21,814 nucleotides of DNA from a bacterium (lineage in GTDB: Bacteria > Hinthialibacterota > Hinthialibacteria > Hinthialibacterales > Hinthialibacteraceae). This document shows positions 1 to 7,033 of the stretch, piece by piece. Within the stretch, counting starts at the first letter, position 1. The number at the start of each line of letters is the position of its first letter. The DNA lies in assembly GCA_041946805.1 (NCBI GenBank), contig JBHGBC010000101.1, positions 1-21,814 of the forward strand. The letters run 5' to 3'. A program made the position numbers and the translations under genes. A model generated the notes under the pieces. That model was not told the origin of the DNA. It did not search any database and saw only the letters and a program-made list of their open reading frames with translations.

Positions 1-187
1 CCGGAGGCGGCCGATGTCCCCGTTGAAAACCTCCTTGGCATAATTATTATGGATTTGCATCACCTTGTCCCTCACCCGGAACTGAAGCAACAGTGTATCC
101 TGTCCCGCCGCAGAAATAGGAGATGCGTTCGATGAGGCCTTGGAGTCCGGCGAGTATGCTTGTTTGATTTTGCATTTTTAATAGCAT
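1..187 (-). pseudogene. recD2: Remnant of an ATP-dependent RecD2-like DNA helicase (internal deletion plus frameshift; runs off the left edge)
   Basis: Manual translation. The frame from ATG 187 gives MLLKMQNQTSILAGLQGLIERISYFCGGTGYTVA, resembling the RecD2 N-terminus (G.IERI.Y.....GYTV), then stops at 49-47. A shifted frame (90..1) gives LLQFRVRDKVMQIHNNYAKEVFNGDIGRLR, matching the RecD2 C-terminal-half motif FRVGDKVMQ.RNNY.K.VFNGDIG. Assignment is from remembered motifs. Confidence 0.75.
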
Positions 188-357
188 GGTTGTTTCGTGG
201 GATCTATTCTACGTCTCCCGGCTGGAATTCCGAACTGGTTCGATGGTATGCTCAGCATAAATATGGTTCACCCGGCATGTGCGTACTTGCTAGTGAAAAA
301 GGCATATCATCCACTCGCTAATCCGGGTGGATATCAAAATCCGTCACTACAAAAATT

Positions 358-391
358 CCCTCATCCACGCCCTCTCCCTGAGGGAGAGGGG
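358..391 (+). repeat. REP-like palindrome family A (CCCTCACCCCGGCCCTCTCCCnnnGGGAGAGGG), copy 1
   Basis: ccctcatccacg-ccctctccc-tga-gggagaggg; related copies at 3335, 9911 and, partially, 21805. Confidence 0.8.
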
Positions 392-415
392 ATTAATTAC
401 TATGGTTTTATCCCT

Positions 416-462
416 CCCAGGGCTTACGCCCTGGGCTATACTCAGGCCGCGCCGTTGGCGCT
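416..462. repeat. REP-like double hairpin (20-nt hairpin + CTAT + spacer + small hairpin)
   Basis: cccagggc-ttac-gccctggg, then ctat, 9 nt, then gcgcc-gtt-ggcgc. Same architecture as each arm of family C (5451, 8673). Confidence 0.65.
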
Positions 463-539
463 CAAAAGATGCGCCGCAAAGCGGTTCATAGTGAAGTGAA
501 GGGATTTGGTGGGGAAATGAAATAGGTCTTATCCCTGAT

Positions 540-1106
540 CTATTTCAATTGGAGCAAATCATCAATTGAGTATAGAAGTGTATAGTGATTTTTGACACGA
601 TTAAAATTCGTGGTCGGTATATTTCGAGCGGCCTGGACCGCGTTCTTGATTTCTTCTCCTAATAGAAAATTGTTTTGGAACTCAAACCACTTTCGTTCTC
701 TTCCATTCGAATCCAAAATAAATACATGCCAATGGGATTGGTGGGCCAGCTCACGAAAGGGCATCATCAAATCCGGATTATGCGAATCAAGCGTGACTTC
801 GTAGGTGATCAACGGTTCCTGGCGGGCGGGATGGGGGATATAGAATAAAAGGAAAAAGACAATCCCGAAATCGGTGTTCACAACCCCGGTTTTTAGAAAT
901 AAATGAAACGGATCGATTTGGATGAGATCCCGGAGGTTCTCACCCTGATCCTTGATGCACAAAATGACTTCTGGTCCAGTGTTGGATTCCAAAATAACAC
1001 GCATAGGAAATAATCCAGTGCGGTTATGCATGTAATCAGGCAAGTGCATAGGACTCCATGAAACTTTCCCTCTTTTCCACTGGGTATTCCGAATCGATTC
1101 TTTCAT
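540..1106 (-). CDS. Hypothetical protein, 188 aa, AT-rich, no recognised domain
   Basis: Clean ORF with GGGAGG Shine-Dalgarno upstream of ATG 1106, protein-like composition and an AT-rich upstream region (1170-1275). Confidence 0.75.
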   Translation of the reverse strand: MKESIRNTQWKRGKVSWSPMHLPDYMHNRTGLFPMRVILESNTGPEVILCIKDQGENLRDLIQIDPFHLFLKTGVVNTDFGIVFFLLFYIPHPARQEPLITYEVTLDSHNPDLMMPFRELAHQSHWHVFILDSNGRERKWFEFQNNFLLGEEIKNAVQAARNIPTTNFNRVKNHYTLLYSIDDLLQLK

Positions 1107-1279
1107 GACGCAACCTCCCTATGACCTCAAGCAGATCATGTCCTGTGGCTCATGTTTTGTGGCCACGAGATGGCAATATAATCAGATATAATATGAACAA
1201 TCGTTGTATTTAAGCAGATAAGTTCAGATTCAATAAATTATTACAATAAAATATTCAATTTCTAATAAATTGCAGGTTC

Positions 1280-2368
1280 TTATTTCGGCTGCTGCTGCGT
1301 CAAACAATGGAGTGTTCCCAATCCCCAAACGAGATCGACGGCGTGGATGCCCACGACCTCGCGGCCCGGGAAGAGTTCGGCGAGAATGCCCAAGGCGTCG
1401 CGGTCACGGGGATCGTTGAAGGTGGGAACCAGCACGGCGGCATTGGCGATGTAGAAATTGGCGTAACTGGCGGGCAGGCGCTGGTTGTCCAGGTACAACG
1501 GATGCGGTATGGGGAGGGAAACCACCTGGAGTTTCGCGCCGTTCGCCAGACGGACATCCCGCAGGCGTCCGGCGTTTTCCATAAGGATCGCGTGGTTCTC
1601 ATCCTGAGAATCTGGCTCCTCGCATAACACCACGGTATCCGGCTTGACGAAGCGGCAAACATCATCAATGTGCCCGTGCGTGTCGTCCCCCACGATCCCC
1701 TTGTTCAACCACAGCACCTCTTGCGCGCCCAAATACTCCCGCAACACATTCTCCATATCGGTTTTGGTGAAGCCGGGGTTGCGGACCTGTACGGCAGGAT
1801 CGAGCAGGCATTCCTCCGTGGTCAGGATGGTCCCCTGGCCGTTGGATTCGATGCTTCCCCCTTCGAGGACGGCCTCCCGTTTCTTGTACTTGGCGTGGAA
1901 ACAGGGGATGCCAAGCAATCCCGCCACAGTTTCGGCCACCTGGTTGTCCAGATGCCAGTCGGGATACTTGGCCCACGCGTTGAATTTGAAGCGGACGATG
2001 GCGGGAGGGCGCCGGCCCGCGGGATCGGTTACGAATACCGGTCCGAAATCCCGGGTCCAGCCCCGGTTGGTGGGAATCTGGAAAAATTCCACCTGGTTGA
2101 AATCCACTCCCACGCGCTTGAGGATTCTTCGCGCCTGTTTCTCGTGCGCGGGCGAATTCACCAGGATGCGGACGGTCTCGCCCGGCGTAATTTTGCGGAC
2201 GATCTCGCCGTACACCCAGTGGATGGCCGCCAGTTTGCCCGGCCAATCGCCGGCGTTGTGCGGCCAGCCGATCCAGGTGGCCTCGTGAGGTTCCCATTCA
2301 GCGGGCATGCGGTACCCGAGCGCGGCGGGCGTCTGGGATGGATGGAGGGAAATGATCTTACCGGTCAT
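1280..2368 (-). CDS. aguA: Agmatine deiminase (Porphyromonas-type peptidylarginine deiminase family)
   Basis: Motifs RMPAEWEPHEATW, WTRDFGP, LEGGSI, DDTHGHIDD, SYANFY and C-terminal GTLHCLTQQQP (catalytic Cys). ATGA overlap with aguB. Confidence 0.93.
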   Translation of the reverse strand: MTGKIISLHPSQTPAALGYRMPAEWEPHEATWIGWPHNAGDWPGKLAAIHWVYGEIVRKITPGETVRILVNSPAHEKQARRILKRVGVDFNQVEFFQIPTNRGWTRDFGPVFVTDPAGRRPPAIVRFKFNAWAKYPDWHLDNQVAETVAGLLGIPCFHAKYKKREAVLEGGSIESNGQGTILTTEECLLDPAVQVRNPGFTKTDMENVLREYLGAQEVLWLNKGIVGDDTHGHIDDVCRFVKPDTVVLCEEPDSQDENHAILMENAGRLRDVRLANGAKLQVVSLPIPHPLYLDNQRLPASYANFYIANAAVLVPTFNDPRDRDALGILAELFPGREVVGIHAVDLVWGLGTLHCLTQQQPK

Positions 2369-3267
2369 GGTTCGGAGTCGAGGAAACGTTGCGTGATGCC
2401 TCCATACAAGTCGATGCGGCGGTCGCGCAGAAACGGCCAGTTGCGCCGGACTTCCTCAATCTGCCGGGGATTGATATCCGCGAGCAGGATTTCCTCCCGG
2501 TCCGCGGACGCTTCCGCGATGATCTCGCCGAAGGGTCCGGCGACGAACGAATGCCCCCAGAACTCGATCCCCGCGCCGCCGGAGCCGGGGATCTCATGGC
2601 CGGTCCGGTTGACCGCCGCCACGTACACCCCATTGGCGATGGCATGTCCGCGCTGCACCGTGCGCCAGGCGTCGAGCTGCCGCGCGCCGTAGGCTTCTTT
2701 TTCATGGGGATGCCAGCCGATGGCGGTGGAATAAAACAGCACCTCCGCCCCCCGCAACGCCGTCAACCGCGCCGCCTCGGGATACCACTGGTCCCAGCAG
2801 ATCAAGGTTCCGATCCTGCCCATGGGCGTGTCGAACGCCTGGTAACCCAGATCGCCGGGAGTGAAATAGTATTTTTCGTAATATGCGGGATCATCAGGGA
2901 TATGTGTTTTGCGGTACAATCCGGCGATTTGACCATCCGTGTTGATCAAGGCCAGGCTGTTGTGATACAGCCCCGCCGCCCGCCGCTCGAAGATCGAGGC
3001 GAGAATCCACACGTCCCGTTCCCGCGCGATTTTCCCCAGCGCCTCGGTGGTGGGACCTGAAACCGGTTCGGCCAAGTCGAAAAGCGCCGCGTCTTCCCGC
3101 TGGCAGAAATAAACCGACCGGAACAGCTCGGGCAGGCAGACGATCCGCGCCCCGCGCGCCGCCGCCTCTTCCACGAACTCTCCCGCGCGGCGCAGGTTCA
3201 CTTCCGGATCGCGCCCGCAGCGCATTTGAATCAAGGCGAGGGTATAAGTTTCAGACTGGTTATTCAT
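2365..3267 (-). CDS. aguB: N-carbamoylputrescine amidase (carbon-nitrogen hydrolase/nitrilase family)
   Basis: Glu-Lys-Cys triad motifs LPELF, YRKTHIPDDP.YYEKYYF and ICWDQWYPE; C-terminal WPFLRDRR; coupled to agmatine deiminase; GAGGG Shine-Dalgarno. Confidence 0.9.
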   Translation of the reverse strand: MNNQSETYTLALIQMRCGRDPEVNLRRAGEFVEEAAARGARIVCLPELFRSVYFCQREDAALFDLAEPVSGPTTEALGKIARERDVWILASIFERRAAGLYHNSLALINTDGQIAGLYRKTHIPDDPAYYEKYYFTPGDLGYQAFDTPMGRIGTLICWDQWYPEAARLTALRGAEVLFYSTAIGWHPHEKEAYGARQLDAWRTVQRGHAIANGVYVAAVNRTGHEIPGSGGAGIEFWGHSFVAGPFGEIIAEASADREEILLADINPRQIEEVRRNWPFLRDRRIDLYGGITQRFLDSEP

Positions 3268-3334
3268 TTACCCTCTTGAAAATTGTTTATAACTGAATTG
3301 ATCGATAATCAAAATTCACTGATGTCGTGGTTTA

Positions 3335-3367
3335 CCCTCACCCCGGCCCTCTCCCATGGGGAGAGGG
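3335..3367 (+). repeat. REP-like palindrome family A, copy 2
   Basis: ccctcaccccggccctctccc-atg-gggagaggg. Confidence 0.85.
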
Positions 3368-3377
3368 AGAAGCAATC

Positions 3378-3456
3378 GGGAGGGCGAACCTCCGGGTGAG
3401 CCGAGGCCGCGGGAAGAGGCCGGGAAAAATCGATTCGGCAGGAGCGTCGCCCTCCC
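3378..3456 (+). repeat. REPIN-like inverted doublet family B, copy 1
   Basis: Arms gggagggcgaacctccgggtgagccg ... ttcggcaggagcgtcgccctccc, with a perfect terminal inverted repeat gggagggcga/tcgccctccc. Reverse-oriented degenerate copy at 9999. Confidence 0.8.
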
Positions 3457-3534
3457 GCTCGTTCAGGGTTTTAACTTGAGATCTTCGTTGGTTCAATCCC
3501 CGCGGGATCGATGCTCCAGCCTCGCTAGCCCTCT

Positions 3535-4293
3535 TCACCGTTTCCGCGCCGCCCATTCGACGGCCTGTTTCATCATTTGCTGAAAAACCAGATCGCTCCA
3601 CGAGCCCATGTCGTGCCCATGCAGAATCGTGGCCACACGTTCTTGGGGCGTGTCCTTGGCGACCCACACCAGAGGTTCGGTGACCGTCTTGCCGCCCTTT
3701 TCATGGGTGGACTGCACGAGAATCTTGACCGTGGGCAGCACGTTCAACGTGTGGTAGAACTCATCCTGGAACTCGAACGACTTAGGCAATCCCGCGGTGA
3801 TGGGATGCTCGGCCACCACATCGCTCTTCAGCGTTCCATAATTATCGTGCGCCGAAGTCCCCCATACCCACACCCCGCCGATGAGGTTGATGAAATCCTT
3901 CCAATCGCTGTACGAGGCCATGGCCGAGTGCATGCAGATCAATCCGCCGCCCCCGCTCACGAATTTCGTCAGGCCTTCGGGGATGTACGACGGCGTGGGG
4001 ATTTCCTGCTTCCCCGTGCCCTGGTGATAGACACCGTTGTAGAGGACCACCACGTCGAAATTCTTCAAATGTTCGGCACGCAGCGAATTGGGATCTTCGG
4101 AGTACGAGCAAACGAAGATCTTATCTTTCCGCAGCGCGTCGATCATGGCGCCGCCGCATTGGCCGTAGGGGTGCCAATCGCCGCCGCCGGAAAACAACAC
4201 GCGGATGGACTTGGTTTCCTCCGCCCCGGAGAGTGAACAAAAGACACCGAGGCACAGGCTCATCATGACCATTAGGCAGGTGAACTTTTTCAT
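3535..4293 (-). CDS. ThuA-like domain protein (class I glutamine amidotransferase-like fold) with Sec signal peptide
   Basis: N-terminal MKKF plus hydrophobic stretch ending SGA-EE; ThuA-type motifs FVSGGGGLICMHSA, HPITAGLP..F...DEFY, PLVW and LHGH; AAGGAGG Shine-Dalgarno. Confidence 0.8.
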   Translation of the reverse strand: MKKFTCLMVMMSLCLGVFCSLSGAEETKSIRVLFSGGGDWHPYGQCGGAMIDALRKDKIFVCSYSEDPNSLRAEHLKNFDVVVLYNGVYHQGTGKQEIPTPSYIPEGLTKFVSGGGGLICMHSAMASYSDWKDFINLIGGVWVWGTSAHDNYGTLKSDVVAEHPITAGLPKSFEFQDEFYHTLNVLPTVKILVQSTHEKGGKTVTEPLVWVAKDTPQERVATILHGHDMGSWSDLVFQQMMKQAVEWAARKR

Positions 4294-4340
4294 GGGATCC
4301 TCCTTGTTCTAACAATGCGCTTAATGAAGCAATCCTGAAT

Positions 4341-4368
4341 GTAGGGGCACGTTGCAACGTGCCCCTAC
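4341..4368. repeat. GTAG-type REP, perfect 28-bp palindrome
   Basis: gtaggggcacgttg|caacgtgcccctac is its own reverse complement and starts with the GTAG tetranucleotide of GTAG-family REPs. Confidence 0.85.
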
Positions 4369-4442
4369 TTTGCAGAGATGACTTGTCTGTCTTGGAAGAG
4401 CAAAGGCGGCCGAAGAAGTATAGCGATTTTAATCACATGAAA

Positions 4443-5288
4443 TCACCCTTCCTTCACCACGGTCCGCATCCAGTTGAGCGATTTCTCCAGCACCGCTCCT
4501 TCGCATTCCATGCTGAACACGCCGTCGTAGCCGTTTTTCACCAGCAGCGCGATGCACTTCTTGATGTTCTCCGCGTTGACTCCGTCACCGATGGCGCTTT
4601 GGCTCATGGCGATGCCCGTCATCTCGCCGCGCATGGCCTGGGCCAGCGCCTCGCTGACGTCCTTGACGTGCACGTGGTTGATCCGGTCCTTGAATTGATC
4701 GAGATAGGCCACCGGATCCTGCCCCGCGATGAAGGTGTTGCCGGTGTCCATGTTCACGCCCAAGTACGGACTTTTGAACGCGTCCAGGATTTCCGCGACG
4801 AACTGCGGCTTGGTAGTGAAATAGCCGTGTGGCTCCAGGTTGATTCCCACCTGGTGGGACTCGGCGGTTTTCAATGCTTCGCCGTAGGCCATTTTCAAGA
4901 GTTGCAGCCCTTCCTGATCGGACATGCCTTCCGGCTTGTCGTGGAAATCGGTGGTGTCGATGTACGGGCAGCCCGCCAGCTTGGCCCAGCGGATGGCGTT
5001 TTTGATGTACTGCACGCCAATGGTGAGGCCGTCCATGCTGTTGAGCGGAAAGGCGGCGTCCAGCTGGCTGAACTGAACGCCGTAGGCGTCCAACTTTTTC
5101 CGCCACAGGATGGGATCCTCCAGCAAGGAGAGATGCGGGTAATACCCCAGGGCCTGGATGTACGCGGTGCCGTCGATGGTTCCGCATTCGATGTATTTCA
5201 GTCCGTGGTCCTGGGCCCATTGCAGGCATTGTTCGAAATTCCAATTGCTGCTGTTAAACGCGTCCGTGTGAAACCCGATGGCCGGCAT
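4443..5288 (-). CDS. Sugar phosphate isomerase/epimerase family protein (xylose isomerase-like TIM barrel)
   Basis: Metal-site pattern LEPH ... NMDTGN ... HVHVKD ... FSMECE; GGAGG Shine-Dalgarno; no signal peptide. Confidence 0.85.
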   Translation of the reverse strand: MPAIGFHTDAFNSSNWNFEQCLQWAQDHGLKYIECGTIDGTAYIQALGYYPHLSLLEDPILWRKKLDAYGVQFSQLDAAFPLNSMDGLTIGVQYIKNAIRWAKLAGCPYIDTTDFHDKPEGMSDQEGLQLLKMAYGEALKTAESHQVGINLEPHGYFTTKPQFVAEILDAFKSPYLGVNMDTGNTFIAGQDPVAYLDQFKDRINHVHVKDVSEALAQAMRGEMTGIAMSQSAIGDGVNAENIKKCIALLVKNGYDGVFSMECEGAVLEKSLNWMRTVVKEG

Positions 5289-5342
5289 GTGGTAAACCTC
5301 CCCTTGGTTTGAATGATTCCGCGATCGTGGGTATGCGGGTAT

Positions 5343-5358
5343 TTGAAAACGTTTTGAA
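5343..5358. promoter_or_regulatory. Candidate LacI/GalR-family operator
   Basis: ttgaaaacgttttgaa: palindromic AAAACGTTTT core with central CG, one mismatch from TGAAAACGTTTTCA, about 55 bp upstream of the isomerase start. Confidence 0.45.
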
Positions 5359-5450
5359 TAAATTGTGCCGCTGTTACTGAAATTCCATCAACCTGGCTCT
5401 TTCCCCGGGCCGATCTTAACCCATAAGTCCTACTCAAACTTACGGCTTTG

Positions 5451-5628
5451 ATCCCCGCAGGGGATGAATGTGAATAGCCGTAGGCGGCAGCCTGCGGTGG
5501 GGATAAGAAAAAATACCAATCCCGCGGGGATTGAAACCCATGTCATTCGGCCCTTCCAGGGTCGTTTTTATTTTTACGATACCGGGGGTTGTCACTCCCG
5601 GCTATTCACATTTAATCCCTCCGGGATT
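5451..5628 (+). repeat. Family C six-hairpin REPIN/MITE-like element, copy 1
   Basis: Perfect 14-bp sub-terminal inverted repeat (aatgtgaatagccg 5467-5480 / cggctattcacatt 5599-5612) and six short hairpins. Aligns over nearly its whole length to the reverse complement of 8673-8850. Confidence 0.85.
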
Positions 5629-5632
5629 GTGT

Positions 5633-5718
5633 GCAGGCGGGGCGCCTGTATAACCAACAGACTGCAGGCGGGCCGCCTGTATAACCAAAAGGCGGCAGGC
5701 GGGCCGCCTGCGCTACAA
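5633..5718. repeat. Tandem repeat, 31-bp period, 3 palindromic cores (GTAG-type REP derivative)
   Basis: Units start at 5633, 5664 and 5695 with core gcaggcggg(g/c)cgcctg. The first two continue tataaccaa; the third ends cgctac (GTAG on the minus strand). Confidence 0.85.
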
Positions 5719-5722
5719 AGCT

Positions 5723-5750
5723 CTGGATCCCCGCTTCCGCGGGGATGACA
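5723..5750 (-). repeat. REP family D (TGTCAT(T/C)CCCGCGnAAGCGGG(A/G)ATCCAG; CGTC/dRS3-like), copy 1
   Basis: The reverse complement tgtcatccccgcggaagcggggatccag matches 8613-8640 at 25 of 28 positions. Confidence 0.85.
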
Positions 5751-5811
5751 TCAAAAAAACGAATCCGTCCTGTCGAGACCGTTCCTTGGCAAAAACCCAA
5801 TACTCGAAAGC

Positions 5812-7017
5812 TCAACTCTCAAATCCCGGATCCAGCTTCTTGTTCTCTTTGATCATCTCCTCCCAGGTGACCACCCGTTCCTCGTAGGCGGCCTGGCGGC
5901 CCAGAATGGAGGTCAATGTGCTTTCCGCCGCGTAATCCGCGTGGTTGATATACTTGCTGCTCCGGACGCTGGCCACGAAATCCTTGCAGTTGTTGTCAAC
6001 CCCGATGTCCCAGGTGTTGTCGAAATCGGTTCCTTTCCAGGCGTTGTCGCCCGTGATGGTGACCGGCCCATGGCCCCAGTCGATGGCCCGGTAATGGGCG
6101 TCCACGACGCCTTTCGTGCCATAGAAGCGCGCGCCCAAGTCTTCGTAGCCCCGGGTGAACTGCGCCACGTTGAGATCGACCTTGGGGCCGTCCCCGTACC
6201 AGTACGTCACGATGAAATGGTCCCAATTCTTCCCCGCGTTGAGCCGGGCCTTGAGGCCGCCCGTGCCGAAGGCTTTCGTGGGACGCGCGCCCGCGATCCA
6301 GTTGGCGATGTCCACGGCGTGGACCGCCTGCTCGACGATGACATCGCCGGACAGCACGGGATTGGTCCCCCAATTGCGGAGAATGGCGTCGTTGCGCGGC
6401 ATGCCCGCCGTCGGCGCGAGACCGCCGCAAGGGAAATGGTTGAACGCCTGGCCGCTGACCAGCTCGCCGATGGCTCCCTCGCGCACGCGTTTCACCGCCT
6501 CGACGAAGAAGGGGCTGTTGCGTGATTGAAAATCCACCAGCAGGGTCACCTTGCCTCGCGCTTTTTTCCCGGTTTCGATGATGTCAAGCGCGCCGGGGAC
6601 ATCGACCGCCACCGGCTTGCACAACCAGATGTGCTTCCCGGCCGCCACCGCTTGGGCGGCGTGCTCGGGATGGAAATACGGCGGGCTGGTGATGATCACC
6701 CCGTCCACATTCGAGGCCAGGATCTCCTGGTAACTCTCGAATCCCGTATAACAGCGATCCGCGGGGATGTCAAAGAGGTTCTGGAAGCGCTCCAGGCGGT
6801 CGGCGAAGTAATCATGCGCGGACGCCAAGTGGATGTCGCCGCCCACGTTGTCCATGAACTTCTTGCCGATGAAGAATCCGCGCCCGCCGCAGCCGATGAC
6901 TCCCAGGGTGATCTTCGAATTGGCGGCGCTGCTCCGGAGGGCGCGGGGCTGGATCAGCATCCAGCCCGCCGCCCCCGCCGTGGTTCGCAAAAAGGAACGT
7001 CGGGCCGTGGTTTTCAT
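5812..7017 (-). CDS. Gfo/Idh/MocA family NAD(P)-dependent oxidoreductase with Tat signal
   Basis: ARRSFL twin-arginine leader; Rossmann GVIGCGGRG; ITSPPYFH; LCKP in place of EKP; EQAVHAVD. Confidence 0.9.
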   Translation of the reverse strand: MKTTARRSFLRTTAGAAGWMLIQPRALRSSAANSKITLGVIGCGGRGFFIGKKFMDNVGGDIHLASAHDYFADRLERFQNLFDIPADRCYTGFESYQEILASNVDGVIITSPPYFHPEHAAQAVAAGKHIWLCKPVAVDVPGALDIIETGKKARGKVTLLVDFQSRNSPFFVEAVKRVREGAIGELVSGQAFNHFPCGGLAPTAGMPRNDAILRNWGTNPVLSGDVIVEQAVHAVDIANWIAGARPTKAFGTGGLKARLNAGKNWDHFIVTYWYGDGPKVDLNVAQFTRGYEDLGARFYGTKGVVDAHYRAIDWGHGPVTITGDNAWKGTDFDNTWDIGVDNNCKDFVASVRSSKYINHADYAAESTLTSILGRQAAYEERVVTWEEMIKENKKLDPGFES

Positions 7018-7033
7018 GGGTTCACTCCATCTT

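Noticed and set aside
197..499. 100-aa plus-strand ORF
   Set aside because: GTG start without a clear Shine-Dalgarno, and its 3' half is a translation of REP hairpins (PHPRPLPEGEG, PRAYALGY).
3294..3318. FNR-like TTGAT...ATCAA upstream of aguB
   Set aside because: The spacer is 5 nt rather than the 4 nt of the FNR consensus. It could be another operator but cannot be assigned.
3338..3667. Small ORFs 3338-3667(-) and 3356-3583(+)
   Set aside because: They read through repeat families A and B and overlap the ThuA-like gene.
5633..5718. CRISPR array
   Set aside because: Only about 6 variable bases lie between repeats, the period is 31 bp, there are three units, and no cas genes or leader are present.
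5464..5815. ORFs 5464-5748(+) and 5612-5815(-); peptide VNSRRRQP also recurs at the end of 8794-9228(-)
   Set aside because: The shared peptide simply reflects the family C DNA repeat; frames are not preserved between copies.
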